Assembly (NCBI GenBank): GCA_017435905.1
Contig: JAFSEB010000046.1
Location: 1,186 to 65,185, forward strand
Origin: Clostridia bacterium
GTDB taxonomy: Bacteria; Bacillota; Clostridia; Christensenellales; CAG-138
Direction of reading: 5' to 3'
DNA: 64,000 nucleotides
Part shown: positions 17,209 to 29,678 of the stretch, piece after piece
Position numbering within the stretch: position 1 is the first letter of the stretch
How the letters are laid out: each line of letters starts with the position of its first letter
Notes under the pieces: generated by a model
What the model was told of the DNA's origin: nothing
The model's database searches: none
The model's input: only the letters and a program-made list of their open reading frames with translations
Program-made: the position numbers and the translations under genes

Positions 17209-18870
17209 ATGCTTTCCAACAACATCAAAAACGGCGTGGAACGCGCCCCCAACCGCAGCCTTCTTTATGCGCTCGGCTATACTCAGGAAGAGCTTTCCCG
17301 CCCCATCATCGGCGTCGTCAGCTCCCATAACGAGATCGTCCCCGGCCACATGGATCTTGACAAGGTCGCCGAGGCGGTCAAAGCAGGTGTGCGCGCCGCC
17401 GGCGGCACGCCCGTCATGTTCCCTGCCATTGCCGTATGCGACGGCATCGCCATGGGACACATCGGCATGAAATACTCTCTCGTCACCCGTGACCTCATTG
17501 CGGATTCCACCGAGGCCATGGCCATGGCCCACCAGTTTGACGGCCTTGTGATGATCCCCAACTGCGATAAAAACGTGCCCGGCCTGCTGATGGCGGCGGC
17601 ACGTCTCAATATTCCTGCCATCATCTGCTCCGGCGGCCCCATGCTTGCAGGCAAGCTGAAGGACGGCAGGCGCACCTGCCTCAGCCACATGTTTGAGGCC
17701 GTCGGTGCATTCCATGCCGGCACCCTTGATGCAAAGGGCGTTCTCGATTACGAAGAAAATGCCTGCCCCACCTGCGGCAGCTGCTCCGGCATGTACACCG
17801 CCAACTCCATGAACTGCCTTGCGGAAGCCATCGGCATGGCACTGCCCGGCAACGGCACCATTCCTGCCGCCTACAGCGCACGCCTTCGCCTTGCCAAGCA
17901 CGCCGGCATGAAGATCATGGAGCTTGTGGAAAAGAACATCCGTCCCCGTGACATTATGACCGCAGCGGCGTTCCGCAATGCGGAAACCGTGGATATGGCC
18001 CTTGGCTGCTCCACCAACACCATGCTGCACCTGCCTGCCATCGCCCATGAAGCCGGCGTGGAGGTCAGCCTTGACGGCTGCAACCAGATCAGCGCACGCA
18101 CCCCGAACCTCTGCCACCTTGCCCCTGCCGGCGATACCTTCATGGAAGACCTTGACCTTGCAGGCGGCGTTCCGGCGGTCATGAAGGAGCTTGCGAAGCG
18201 TGACCTTCTGAACCTTGATGTGATGACCGTCACCGGCAGGCCCATGCGTGACACCGTAGAAGCTGCCGAAAACCGCAACAGCGAGATCATCCGCCCCATT
18301 GAGAACCCCTACAGCGAAAACGGCGGCATCGCCGTGCTGAAGGGCAACCTTGCAAAGGACGGCTGCGTGGTAAAGCAGGCTGCCGTTGCCCCCAGCATGA
18401 TGGAGCACGAAGGCCCTGCCCGTGTGTTCAACAGCGAGGAAGAGGCCATCACCGCCATTTACAACAGGAAGATCAACCCCGGCGATGTGGTGGTCATCCG
18501 CTACGAAGGCCCCAAGGGCGGTCCCGGCATGCGTGAAATGCTCAACCCCACCAGCGCCATCTGCGGCATGGGTCTTGGCGAAAGCGTTGCCCTCATCACC
18601 GACGGCCGCTTCTCCGGCGCTACCCGGGGCGCTTCCATCGGCCATGTGAGTCCGGAAGCTGCGGCAGGCGGCACCATCGCCCTTGTGGAAGAGGGCGACA
18701 GGATCCACATCAACATCCCCAAGTGTGAGATCACCCTGCTTGTTTCCGAGGAAGAGCTTGACCGCCGCCGCGCAAACTGGGTCTGTCCGGAACCGAAGGT
18801 GAAGACCGGCTACCTTGCCCGGTATGCAAAGCTCGTCAGCTCCGCCGATAAGGGCGCCATCCTGCAGTAA
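17209..18870 (+). CDS. ilvD: Dihydroxy-acid dehydratase
   Basis: [23 protein letters not shown]...CDKNVPG...[15 protein letters not shown], 553 aa. Confidence 0.95.
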   Translation: MLSNNIKNGVERAPNRSLLYALGYTQEELSRPIIGVVSSHNEIVPGHMDLDKVAEAVKAGVRAAGGTPVMFPAIAVCDGIAMGHIGMKYSLVTRDLIADSTEAMAMAHQFDGLVMIPNCDKNVPGLLMAAARLNIPAIICSGGPMLAGKLKDGRRTCLSHMFEAVGAFHAGTLDAKGVLDYEENACPTCGSCSGMYTANSMNCLAEAIGMALPGNGTIPAAYSARLRLAKHAGMKIMELVEKNIRPRDIMTAAAFRNAETVDMALGCSTNTMLHLPAIAHEAGVEVSLDGCNQISARTPNLCHLAPAGDTFMEDLDLAGGVPAVMKELAKRDLLNLDVMTVTGRPMRDTVEAAENRNSEIIRPIENPYSENGGIAVLKGNLAKDGCVVKQAAVAPSMMEHEGPARVFNSEEEAITAIYNRKINPGDVVVIRYEGPKGGPGMREMLNPTSAICGMGLGESVALITDGRFSGATRGASIGHVSPEAAAGGTIALVEEGDRIHINIPKCEITLLVSEEELDRRRANWVCPEPKVKTGYLARYAKLVSSADKGAILQ

Positions 18871-18885
18871 ACGAGGTAAGTGTGC

Positions 18886-20430
18886 ATGAAGCAGATCAAG
18901 ATCTTTGATACCACCCTCCGTGACGGCGAACAATCCCCCGGCTGCAGCATGAACCTGCGGGAGAAGATCGAAGTGGCACGCTGCCTTGAACGGCTGAAGG
19001 TGGATGTCATCGAAGCCGGCTTTGCCATCTCCTCCCCCGGCGATTTTGAATCCGTACAGACCATTGCCCGTACGGTAAAGGAATGCTCCGTTGCATCCCT
19101 TGCCCGTGCTGCGGTGAAGGATATCGACACCGCATGGGAAGCGGTGAAGGATGCCGTGGATCCCCGTATCCACCTTTTCATCGCCACAAGCCCCCTGCAC
19201 ATGGAATACAAGCTGCGCATGAAGCCCGAAGAGGTGCTCGCACGCACCGCAGAAATGGTGAAGTATGCGAAGCATTACTGCAGCAACATCGAGTTTTCCG
19301 CAGAGGATGCCACAAGAAGCGATCCCGCCTTCCTTGCAAAGATTGTGGATGTTGCCATCCGCAACGGTGCCACCACCGTGAATATCCCGGATACCGTGGG
19401 CTACACCACCCCCTCCGAGATGCGCTGGCTGATCGAATATCTGCGTGAAAACGTGGAAAACAGCGACACGGTGGATTTCTCCGTGCACTGCCACAACGAC
19501 CTTGGCATGGCATGCGCCAACTCCCTTGCGGGCGTGCTTGGCGGCGCCACCCAGATCGAGTGCACCATCAACGGCCTTGGCGAGCGTGCCGGCAACACCT
19601 CCATGGAGGAGGTCGTCATGGCCATGCGCACCCGGGGCGATATCTACAAAGCCACCACCCGTATCGATACCACCCAGATCTACCGTGCCAGCAAAACGGT
19701 CTATGACATCATCGGTCAGAGTGCGCCCCTCAACAAGCCCATCGTGGGCAAAAATGCCTTCATGCATGAATCCGGCATCCACCAGCACGGCGTGCTTGCC
19801 AACAAGCAGACCTATGAGATCATGACCCCCGAATCCATCGGCATCCGGGCGGACAACATCGTGCTCGGCAAGCACAGCGGCAAGCATGCCTTTGAGACCC
19901 GCCTCAAGGAACTGGGCTACGCCCTTTCCACGGAAGAGCTGCTGCGCTGCTTCGAGGAATTCAAGATCCTCTGCGACAAGAAAAAAACCGTCAGCGATGC
20001 GGACCTTGAAGCCCTTGTTGCCCACAGCGCCAAGAAGGAAGCGAAGGCGGTGGGCGGCTACGAGCTTGACTGGTTTGCGGTGCACACCTCCAACTTCACC
20101 ACCGCCACCAGCACCATCAGCCTCAAACGGGGCGAAGAACGCTTTGAAGCGGTCTGCCTTGGCGACGGCCCCATCGATGCTTCCTTTAAGGCCATCGATG
20201 CCATCATGAAACCCGTTCCCCATTCCTTTGCGGAGTACACCATCAACTCCATCTCCGAAGGTAAGGATACCCTCGGCAGCGTTACCCTCAGGCTCTGCGC
20301 ACAGGGCCGTGTATTCCCCGGCAGGGGTCTTTCCACGGACATCATCGAGGCGAGTATCCTTGCCTATATCGATGCGGCAAACCGCCTGCAGGATACCTTC
20401 CCCAACAGCGAAACCGATAAGGAGGCATAA
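18886..20430 (+). CDS. leuA: 2-Isopropylmalate synthase
   Basis: MKQIKIFDTTLRDGEQSPG...HCHNDLGMA, with a C-terminal regulatory domain. GAGG RBS 9 nt before the ATG at 18886. Confidence 0.95.
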   Translation: MKQIKIFDTTLRDGEQSPGCSMNLREKIEVARCLERLKVDVIEAGFAISSPGDFESVQTIARTVKECSVASLARAAVKDIDTAWEAVKDAVDPRIHLFIATSPLHMEYKLRMKPEEVLARTAEMVKYAKHYCSNIEFSAEDATRSDPAFLAKIVDVAIRNGATTVNIPDTVGYTTPSEMRWLIEYLRENVENSDTVDFSVHCHNDLGMACANSLAGVLGGATQIECTINGLGERAGNTSMEEVVMAMRTRGDIYKATTRIDTTQIYRASKTVYDIIGQSAPLNKPIVGKNAFMHESGIHQHGVLANKQTYEIMTPESIGIRADNIVLGKHSGKHAFETRLKELGYALSTEELLRCFEEFKILCDKKKTVSDADLEALVAHSAKKEAKAVGGYELDWFAVHTSNFTTATSTISLKRGEERFEAVCLGDGPIDASFKAIDAIMKPVPHSFAEYTINSISEGKDTLGSVTLRLCAQGRVFPGRGLSTDIIEASILAYIDAANRLQDTFPNSETDKEA

Positions 20431-20433
20431 CAT

Positions 20434-21705
20434 ATGGGCATGACCATGACAGAAAAGATCCTTGCCGCCCATGCAGGCCTTGATTCCGTCAAGGCGGGCG
20501 ACCTGATCGAAGCGAAGCTGGATCTCGTTCTTGGCAACGATATCACCACCCCCGTTGCCATCACCACCTTTGAAAAGGCCGGTTTGACCAAGATCTTCGA
20601 CAAGGACAAGATCGCCATCGTTCTCGATCACTACACCCCCTGCAAGGATATCAAATCCGCAGAGCTCTGCGCACAGGCCCGTGCCTTCGCCGCAAAGCAT
20701 AACATCACCCATATTTACGATGTGGGCGAAGCCGGCATCGAGCATGCGCTCCTTCCCGAAAAGGGTCTTGTTGCCCCCGGCGACTGCGTGATCGGCGCTG
20801 ACTCCCACACCTGCACCTACGGCGCTCTCGGCGCCTTCTCCACCGGTGTCGGCTCCACGGATATGGCTGCCGGCATGGCCATGGGCGAAAACTGGTTCAA
20901 GGTGCCTGCCGCCATCAAGGTGGTGCTCAAGGGCACGCTGCAGCCCTATGTGAGCGGCAAGGATGTCATCCTGCACCTCATCGGCATGATCGGCGTGGAC
21001 GGTGCGCTGTACCAGTCCCTTGAATTCACCGGCGAAGGCGTAAAAGCCCTTTCCATGGATGACCGCTTTACCATTGCCAACATGGCGATCGAAGCCGGCG
21101 CCAAGAACGGCATCTTCCCCGTGGATGAAAAGACCATTGAGTATGTAACGGGCCGTGTTGAGCGCCCCTACACCGTATACGAAGCGGATGCGGATGCGCA
21201 GTATGTGCGTGAGGTGGAGATCGACCTTTCCGCCCTTGAACCCACCGTATCCCTGCCCCACCTGCCCTCCAACACCAAAACGGTGAAGGAAGTGAAGGGC
21301 ATGCCCATCCAGCAGGTGGTCATCGGCTCCTGCACCAACGGCCGCATCAGCGATCTTCGTGAAGCGGCAAAGATCCTTGCCGGCAAGCGTGTTGCCAAGG
21401 GCGTCCGCTGCATCGTGATCCCTGCCACCCAGCAGATCTACATGCAGTGCATCAAAGAAGGGCTTGCAGAGACCTTCATTTCTGCCGGCTGCGCCCTTTC
21501 CACCCCCACCTGCGGCCCCTGCCTCGGCGGTCACATGGGCGTGATGAGCGCCGGTGAGCGCTCCGTTTCCACCACCAACCGCAACTTCGTGGGCCGCATG
21601 GGCCATGTGAAGAGCGAAGTGGTGCTCGCTTCCCCGGCAGTTGCCGCCGCAAGCGCCGTGATGGGCTATATTGCAGACCCCCAGGAGATCATGAAAGGAG
21701 AATAA
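20434..21705 (+). CDS. leuC: 3-Isopropylmalate dehydratase large subunit
   Basis: Aconitase-family motifs ([28 protein letters not shown]). Confidence 0.95.
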   Translation: MGMTMTEKILAAHAGLDSVKAGDLIEAKLDLVLGNDITTPVAITTFEKAGLTKIFDKDKIAIVLDHYTPCKDIKSAELCAQARAFAAKHNITHIYDVGEAGIEHALLPEKGLVAPGDCVIGADSHTCTYGALGAFSTGVGSTDMAAGMAMGENWFKVPAAIKVVLKGTLQPYVSGKDVILHLIGMIGVDGALYQSLEFTGEGVKALSMDDRFTIANMAIEAGAKNGIFPVDEKTIEYVTGRVERPYTVYEADADAQYVREVEIDLSALEPTVSLPHLPSNTKTVKEVKGMPIQQVVIGSCTNGRISDLREAAKILAGKRVAKGVRCIVIPATQQIYMQCIKEGLAETFISAGCALSTPTCGPCLGGHMGVMSAGERSVSTTNRNFVGRMGHVKSEVVLASPAVAAASAVMGYIADPQEIMKGE

Positions 21706-21711
21706 GCAGCT

Positions 21712-22212
21712 ATGGCAAAAGGCATCGTGCATAAATTCGGCGACAACATCGATACCGATGTGATCATCCCTGCAAGGTATCTCAACGCCCCCTCCCCGGA
21801 AGAGCTTGCCAAGCACTGCATGGAAGATATCGATCCCACCTTTGCAAGCCGTGTGCAGCAGGGCGAGATCATCGTGGGCGGCGCCAACTTCGGCTGCGGT
21901 TCCCCCCGTGAGCATGCGCCCATCGCCATTCAGGCCAGCGGCGTTGCCTGTGTGATCGCAGCAAGCTTCGCCCGTATCTTCTACCGCAACTCCATCAACA
22001 TCGGCTTCCCCATCCTCGAGTGCCCGGAAGCCGCCGAAAAGATCAGCGCCGGCGATGTGATCAGTGTGGACTTCACCACCGGCGAGATCGTCGATGAGAC
22101 CACCGGAGAGACCTTCAAAGCCACCGCTTTCCCGGCCTTCATCACCCGCATCATTGAAAACGGCGGTCTTCTCCCCTACCTCAAAGCCCGTCAGGAGGCG
22201 GAAAAGGAATGA
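21712..22212 (+). CDS. leuD: 3-Isopropylmalate dehydratase small subunit
   Basis: [24 protein letters not shown]...[13 protein letters not shown]. Confidence 0.95.
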   Translation: MAKGIVHKFGDNIDTDVIIPARYLNAPSPEELAKHCMEDIDPTFASRVQQGEIIVGGANFGCGSPREHAPIAIQASGVACVIAASFARIFYRNSINIGFPILECPEAAEKISAGDVISVDFTTGEIVDETTGETFKATAFPAFITRIIENGGLLPYLKARQEAEKE

Positions 22213-23282
22213 ATTACAACATCGCACTCATCAAGGGTGACGGCATCGGCCCCGAGATCGTATCGAGCGCCGTGCGTGTGCTTGAAAAGATCGGCGAGCG
22301 CTTCGGCCACACCTTCACCTTTACCGATTACCTGATGGGCGGCATCGCCATCGATACCTGCGGCACGCCCCTGCCCCGGGAGACCGTTGACGGCTGCCGT
22401 GCCTCCGACAGCGTGCTGCTTGGCGCAGTGGGCGGCCCCAAGTGGGATAAGAACCCTGCTGCCCTCCGCCCCGAAAAGGGTCTTCTCGGCATCCGCAGCG
22501 CCCTCGGCCTTTATACCAACCTGCGCCCTGCAAAGCTTTACAGCGCCCTCAGCGAAGAATGCCCCCTGCGTGCGGACATCGTGGAAAAGGGCTTTGATCT
22601 GATGATCGTCCGTGAGCTGACCGGCGGCATCTACTTCGGCGAGCGGGGCCGCCGTGAAGGCAAATACGGCCCCGAAGCCTACGACACCGAAGCCTACAGC
22701 GTGATGGAGATCGAGCGCATTGCCCGTGTTGCCTTTGAAACGGCGCAAAAGCGGGGCAAAAAGCTCATGAGCATCGACAAGGCCAACGTGCTTGAAACAA
22801 GCCGCCTGTGGCGTGAGATCATGCACCGCATGGCGGAAGAATATCCCGATGTGGAGCTTTCCGACATGCTGGTGGACAATGCCGCCATGCAGCTGGTGCG
22901 CTGCCCCTCCCAGTTTGATGTCATCGTTACCTCCAACATGTTCGGCGACATCCTTTCCGATGAGGCATCCCAGATCACCGGTTCCATCGGTCTTCTGCCC
23001 TCCGCCTCCCTCGGCGACAGCAAATGCGGTCTTTATGAGCCCATTCACGGCTCCGCACCGGATATTGCCGGGCAGGATAAGGCAAACCCCATTGCCACCA
23101 TCCTTTCCGCAGCCATGATGCTCCGCTATTCCTTCGGTCTTGCAAAGGAAGCGGACGCCATCGAAGCGGCGGTGGACAGCGTGCTGAAAGCAGGTCTTCG
23201 CACGGCGGATATCATCGGCTCCAGCGACAAGGCGCCCCTTGGCTGCACCGCCATGACCGATGCCATCCTTGCCGCCATCTGA
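22209..23282 (+). CDS. leuB: 3-Isopropylmalate dehydrogenase
   Basis: [18 protein letters not shown]...[12 protein letters not shown]...[14 protein letters not shown]. Its start overlaps the leuD stop. Confidence 0.95.
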   Translation: MNYNIALIKGDGIGPEIVSSAVRVLEKIGERFGHTFTFTDYLMGGIAIDTCGTPLPRETVDGCRASDSVLLGAVGGPKWDKNPAALRPEKGLLGIRSALGLYTNLRPAKLYSALSEECPLRADIVEKGFDLMIVRELTGGIYFGERGRREGKYGPEAYDTEAYSVMEIERIARVAFETAQKRGKKLMSIDKANVLETSRLWREIMHRMAEEYPDVELSDMLVDNAAMQLVRCPSQFDVIVTSNMFGDILSDEASQITGSIGLLPSASLGDSKCGLYEPIHGSAPDIAGQDKANPIATILSAAMMLRYSFGLAKEADAIEAAVDSVLKAGLRTADIIGSSDKAPLGCTAMTDAILAAI

Positions 23283-23295
23283 CAGGAAGCAACAT

Positions 23296-24609
23296 ATGGA
23301 TCGCCTTGTATCGAATTTGATCTTATACCGTGACCTCGGTGAGGGAAGCATTCTTGCTTCCCTTGCCGCCGTTTTCCGCAACCACCGGAACGGCGCCGAC
23401 AGGCAGGAAACGGTCTGCCGCATTTACGGCGAAGTGAAGCGGCTGCTTGGCCTTGCCACCAAGTATGGCTTTGACACCAACCTGTGGCACAATTACCTCA
23501 CCTTCCTGCTCATTACAAACGAAAACTCCTTCACCCTTACCGCAGAGCGCCGGGGTGCCAAGGAGGGCAGCGTGAACCGCTTTGCAAAGGCGGATTTCCG
23601 CATTTTCAAGCAGCTTTTCGACTATGACTTTTCCGCTGTCGAAGCGGAGCTTGGCATTGACTGCTTCAGCATCCTTTCCGACTATCACGCCGTGGAAAAG
23701 CCGGAAAAGAGCTATTACAAGAGCGTCAGCGATGAGGTGCGTGCCCTGTCCCTTGCCCTTTCCTCCGCAAAGGATGAGGAGGCGTTTTTCAGCACCATCA
23801 CCGACTTTTACAGGGATCATGGCGTGGGCATGTTCGCCCTCAACAAAGCCTTCCGCATCCGCAAGGCAGAAAACGGTGTGGAATTTATCCCCATCAACAA
23901 TGCGGATAAGATCGCCCTTTCCGACCTTATCGGCTATGAGGTACAGAAAAAGGAGCTCATCGCCAACACGGAGGCCTTCGTTTACGGGCGCAGCGCCAAC
24001 AACGTGCTCCTTTACGGCGACAGCGGCACGGGCAAATCCTCCAGCGTGAAGGCGGTGCTCAACGAGTATGCCGGAGAAGGTCTCCGCATGATCGAGATCT
24101 ACAAGCACCAGTTCCGGGAGCTTTCCGCCGTCATCGCCGCCATCAAGAACCGCAATTACCGCTTCATCATCTTCATCGATGACCTTTCCTTTGAAGAGCA
24201 CGAGGTGGAATACAAGTTCCTCAAGGCGGTCATTGAGGGCGGTGTGGAAACACGCCCCGATAACGTGCTGCTTTACGCCACCTCCAACCGCCGCCACCTT
24301 GTAAAGGAGACCTGGAACGACCGCAATGACATGGAGTTTCAGGGCGATATCCACCGCAGCGATACGATGGAAGAAAAGCTTTCCCTTGCAAGCCGTTTCG
24401 GCGTTGCCATCAACTATTCCGTTCCCAACCGGGAACAGTACCACGACATCGTGCGCGGCCTTGCCAGGCGCACGGGCAGGGTAGATATGGATGAAAAGGA
24501 GCTCCTGCTTCTCGCCAACCGCTGGGAGATCCGCCACGGCGGCGTTTCCGGCCGCACGGCACAGCAGTTCATCAATTACCTTGCCGGAAAGGACAATAAC
24601 GAATGCTGA
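23296..24609 (+). CDS. DUF815/COG2607-type AAA+ ATPase of unknown function, embedded in the ilv-leu operon
   Basis: LLYGDSGTGKSSSVKAVLNEY (Walker A), IIFIDDLSFEE (Walker B), LLYATSNRRHLV. An N-terminal ~200 aa has no recognisable motif. Start at MDRLV with an AGGAAG RBS. Confidence 0.8.
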   Translation: MDRLVSNLILYRDLGEGSILASLAAVFRNHRNGADRQETVCRIYGEVKRLLGLATKYGFDTNLWHNYLTFLLITNENSFTLTAERRGAKEGSVNRFAKADFRIFKQLFDYDFSAVEAELGIDCFSILSDYHAVEKPEKSYYKSVSDEVRALSLALSSAKDEEAFFSTITDFYRDHGVGMFALNKAFRIRKAENGVEFIPINNADKIALSDLIGYEVQKKELIANTEAFVYGRSANNVLLYGDSGTGKSSSVKAVLNEYAGEGLRMIEIYKHQFRELSAVIAAIKNRNYRFIIFIDDLSFEEHEVEYKFLKAVIEGGVETRPDNVLLYATSNRRHLVKETWNDRNDMEFQGDIHRSDTMEEKLSLASRFGVAINYSVPNREQYHDIVRGLARRTGRVDMDEKELLLLANRWEIRHGGVSGRTAQQFINYLAGKDNNEC

Positions 24610-25799
24610 CCCTCGATAAGATCTACCATGCGGCATATGTTCTCAAGGAGGTCGCCAGAATGACCGACCTTATTGCCGCCCCCAAACTGCCCACAAAGGC
24701 GGAGCTGTACCTGAAGACCGAAAACCTGCAGGTAACGGGCAGCTTCAAGCTGCGGGGCGCATACTACAAGATCAGCCAGCTCAATGAAGAGCAGAAGGCT
24801 GCCGGCATCATCGCCTGCAGCGCAGGCAACCACGCCCAGGGCGTTGCCCTTGCCGCCACACGGCAGGGCGCAAAGAGCGTTGTTTACATGCCCGACAGCG
24901 CCCCCATCAGCAAGGTGGAAGCCACAAAAGCCCTCGGCGCAGAGGTATGCCTCACAAAGGGCACCTATGACGATGCCTATGAAGCTGCCGTGAAAAAGCA
25001 GCAGGAGACCGGTGCCACCTTCATCCACCCCTTCAACGATGACGAGGTGATCGCAGGTCAGGGCACCATCGGCCTTGAGATCATGGAACAGATGCGGGAT
25101 GTGGAAGTCATCATCGTACCCATCGGCGGCGGCGGACTCATCAGCGGCGTTGCCTATGCGGCAAAGCACCTCAATCCCAACGTGAAGGTATACGGCGTGC
25201 AGGCGGCAAATGCCCCCAGCATGTACGAAAGCGTCCGCACCGGCGATACCGTCACGCTGCCCAAGGTTGCCACCTTTGCGGACGGCATTGCCGTGAAGCG
25301 CCCCGGCGACAATACCTTCGCCCTTGTGAAGGAATATGTGGATGAGATCGTTACCGTTTCGGAGGATGAGATCGCCGCAGCCATCCTTGCCATGATGGAA
25401 AAGCAGAAGCTCGTTGCAGAAGGCGCAGGCGCCGTTTCCGTGGCGGCTGCCATGTTCGATAAGCTGCCCATTGAAGGAAAAAAGACGGTGTGCATCGTTT
25501 CCGGCGGCAATATTGATGTAAGCATCCTTTCAAGGGTCATCACCAGGGGTCTTATGACCAGCGGCCGCAGCAGCACGCTGCAGATCGCCCTTGAGGATAA
25601 GCCCGGTCAGCTTGTGGGCGTCAGCGAGATCATCGCCCGCTGCGGCGCAAACGTGGTGCGTGTGAACCACGAGTACAGCGACCCCAACATGGCCATCACC
25701 AGCTGCTTCCTGACCGTTGCCATGGAGACCCGTGATTTCGCCCAGATCAACGAGATCAAGCAAGAACTAACGGAAGCGGGCTTCAAAATCGTTGGCTGA
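24603..25799 (+). CDS. ilvA: Threonine ammonia-lyase (threonine dehydratase) with a C-terminal ACT-like domain
   Basis: SFKLRGAYYK PLP-lysine motif, GNHAQGVA, 398 aa. Its ATG overlaps the upstream stop (ATGCTGA). Confidence 0.9.
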   Translation: MLTLDKIYHAAYVLKEVARMTDLIAAPKLPTKAELYLKTENLQVTGSFKLRGAYYKISQLNEEQKAAGIIACSAGNHAQGVALAATRQGAKSVVYMPDSAPISKVEATKALGAEVCLTKGTYDDAYEAAVKKQQETGATFIHPFNDDEVIAGQGTIGLEIMEQMRDVEVIIVPIGGGGLISGVAYAAKHLNPNVKVYGVQAANAPSMYESVRTGDTVTLPKVATFADGIAVKRPGDNTFALVKEYVDEIVTVSEDEIAAAILAMMEKQKLVAEGAGAVSVAAAMFDKLPIEGKKTVCIVSGGNIDVSILSRVITRGLMTSGRSSTLQIALEDKPGQLVGVSEIIARCGANVVRVNHEYSDPNMAITSCFLTVAMETRDFAQINEIKQELTEAGFKIVG

Positions 25800-25812
25800 T
25801 ATAAGCTGCCTT

Positions 25813-25846
25813 GCGCCTTCCGCACATTGCCGAAGGCGCTTTTTTC
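25813..25846 (+). terminator. Terminator of the ilv-leu operon
   Basis: GCGCCTTC-11 nt-GAAGGCGC followed by TTTTTT. Confidence 0.8.
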
Positions 25847-25918
25847 TGCTTACATAGCACCGTTTTTCTGTGGTAAAATCAGTTTGAGGCATCATATTTC
25901 CAAAGAAGGAGACTTTCC

Positions 25919-26422
25919 ATGTACAAGGAAGGCGATTTGATCATCTATGGCGGCGACGGCGTGTGCAAAGTCGTCTCCATCGGCCCGGCGCCCTTTTCAT
26001 CCCTTGATCAGACAAAGCTTTACTATACCCTTGCACCCCTTTACCGCAGCGGCACCGTTTATGCCCCTACGGATGTTTCCGTTACCATGCGCCCCATCCT
26101 GACGGAGGAAGAGGCGCTTGCCCTCATCCGCCGCATTCCTTCCATGGAACCGGAACAGCTTTCCTTTTCCGGCAGCCGTGAAGCGCAGCAGGGATATAAG
26201 GCAATGCTGCAGACCTACGACATCGAAAACCTCGTGAAGCTCATTCGCATCATCTACACCAAAAATGCGCAGGCCATCGCATCAAAAAGAAGCTACAGCC
26301 ATGTGGAGGAGCGGTTTTTGAAGCGTGCGCAGGAGCTGCTGCACGGCGAGCTTGCCGCCGCCCTTCACATCCCCGTGGGCGAGGTAGCGGCTTTCATCAC
26401 AAACGCCGTAAAGGGCGAATAA
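25919..26422 (+). CDS. CarD/CdnL-family RNA-polymerase-binding regulator
   Basis: MYKEGDLIIYGGDGVCKVVSIG Tudor-like N-terminus typical of CarD_CdnL_TRCF, 167 aa. Confidence 0.75.
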   Translation: MYKEGDLIIYGGDGVCKVVSIGPAPFSSLDQTKLYYTLAPLYRSGTVYAPTDVSVTMRPILTEEEALALIRRIPSMEPEQLSFSGSREAQQGYKAMLQTYDIENLVKLIRIIYTKNAQAIASKRSYSHVEERFLKRAQELLHGELAAALHIPVGEVAAFITNAVKGE

Positions 26423-26445
26423 TGCCTTTTGTTTCTTTTGCAAAA

Positions 26446-26475
26446 AGTGCCGGAAACCGGCGCTTTTTCTTTTTT
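26446..26475 (+). terminator. Rho-independent terminator
   Basis: AGTGCCGG-aaa-CCGGCGCT followed by TTTTCTTTTTT. Confidence 0.7.
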
Positions 26476-26493
26476 ACACTTCCGCCATTTTAA

Positions 26494-26522
26494 TTGACAG
26501 GAGCGAACGCAAAGTGTATAAT
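26494..26522 (+). promoter_or_regulatory. Perfect-consensus sigma-A type promoter upstream of the glutamine synthetase gene
   Basis: TTGACA (26494-26499), 17-nt spacer, TATAAT (26517-26522). Confidence 0.7.
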
Positions 26523-26563
26523 TCCGGCAAAAGTATTACCTTTTCATTCTCAGGAGGAACCCG

Positions 26564-28660
<2,097 letters not shown>

Positions 28661-28672
28661 CGAACAGCTTCA

Positions 28673-28705
28673 ATCCCCGGCACATTTTGTGTCGGGGATT
28701 TTTTA
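28673..28705 (+). terminator. Rho-independent terminator
   Basis: ATCCCCG-13 nt-CGGGGAT followed by TTTTTT. Confidence 0.75.
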
Positions 28706-28740
28706 TGGTATACTGAAACAAATCACGAAAGGAGCGCACC

Positions 28741-29622
28741 ATGCGTACCCTCACACTCGTTGTGACAGAAGCCCTTGCAGGGCGTGATATCAAAAGCCTG
28801 CTGCAGCGTGAAATGCGGATATCGGAATCGCTGACACGCAGGCTGAAGCTGCGTGAAACGGGCATTATGCTCAACGGGCGCCGTGCCTTCACCACCGCAC
28901 GGGTGCAGACGGGCGATGTGCTCACCGCAGAGATCGGAGATGCACCGGATGCGCCGCGGCCAAAGCCCATGCCGGCAGCGCTTCCCGTGCTGTATGAGGA
29001 TGAAGACATCCTGATCCTCAACAAGCCTGCAGGGCTTGCGGTGCACCAATCTACCCGTGATCCCGAGGAGCTGACCCTTGAAAACGCCCTTGCGGCCTAT
29101 CTTCCCCCGGAAGACTTCCCTCACCCCGTAAGCCGCCTTGACAGGGGCACCACGGGCGTGATCACCTTTGCGAAAAACGGCTATATGCACGAGCTTCTCC
29201 GGCAGCAGCTGCACACCGCCGATTTTTATCGGGAATACAGGGGCATCGCCTGCGGCAATGTGGAAAGCGGCAGCGGCAGCATCTCTTCGCCCATCGGCCT
29301 TGCGGAAAACTCCACCTACAAACGGGCAGTCCGGGCGGACGGTGCTCCGTCGCTGACGGAATATGAAGTCCTTGCCCGAAAAAACGGCTTCACGCTGCTC
29401 AGGCTCATCCCCCACACGGGGCGCACGCACCAGCTTCGGGTGCACATGGCTTCCCTCGGCCATCCCCTTGCAGGGGATTGGCTTTACGGGGAACGGCACC
29501 CCCATATCGAAAGACCGGCGCTCCATTCCCATTTACTGCACCTTAAGCACCCCCTGACGGGCGCTGTGCTCGACATCACCGCACCGCTGCCGGAGGATAT
29601 GGCAAATTTGCTGCAGGAATAA
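28741..29622 (+). CDS. RluA-family 23S rRNA pseudouridine synthase (RluD/RluC-like)
   Basis: S4-like N-terminus, HPVSRLDRGTTGVITFAK catalytic Asp motif, HTGRTHQLRVH. Confidence 0.85.
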   Translation: MRTLTLVVTEALAGRDIKSLLQREMRISESLTRRLKLRETGIMLNGRRAFTTARVQTGDVLTAEIGDAPDAPRPKPMPAALPVLYEDEDILILNKPAGLAVHQSTRDPEELTLENALAAYLPPEDFPHPVSRLDRGTTGVITFAKNGYMHELLRQQLHTADFYREYRGIACGNVESGSGSISSPIGLAENSTYKRAVRADGAPSLTEYEVLARKNGFTLLRLIPHTGRTHQLRVHMASLGHPLAGDWLYGERHPHIERPALHSHLLHLKHPLTGAVLDITAPLPEDMANLLQE

Positions 29623-29627
29623 AACAA

Positions 29628-29656
29628 ACGCCCTTCCGGATAAACCGGAAGGGCGT
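29628..29656. terminator. Bidirectional terminator between convergent genes
   Basis: ACGCCCTTCCGG-ataaa-CCGGAAGGGCGT flanked by A-rich and T-rich runs. Confidence 0.8.
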
Positions 29657-29678
29657 TTGTGTATATGCGTATATGCGC

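Noticed and set aside
17125-22227. 1700-aa minus-strand ORF spanning ilvD to leuD. Similar long antisense ORFs occur at 350-2959, 3381-4901, 4726-6801, 9300-11531, 13790-15817, 30973-33960, 34401-37430, 46866-48992, 48860-51688 and 52561-54843.
   Set aside because: These are shadow ORFs typical of high-GC DNA. Their translations are G/A/V/D/H/R-rich low-complexity sequence with no motifs. Each lies exactly opposite a gene with unmistakable family motifs and a proper RBS.
29661-29677. Tandem 8-mer TATATGCG-TATATGCG next to the prs stop codon.
   Set aside because: It is only two short copies in an intergenic spacer next to a terminator, with no further structure or recurrence.
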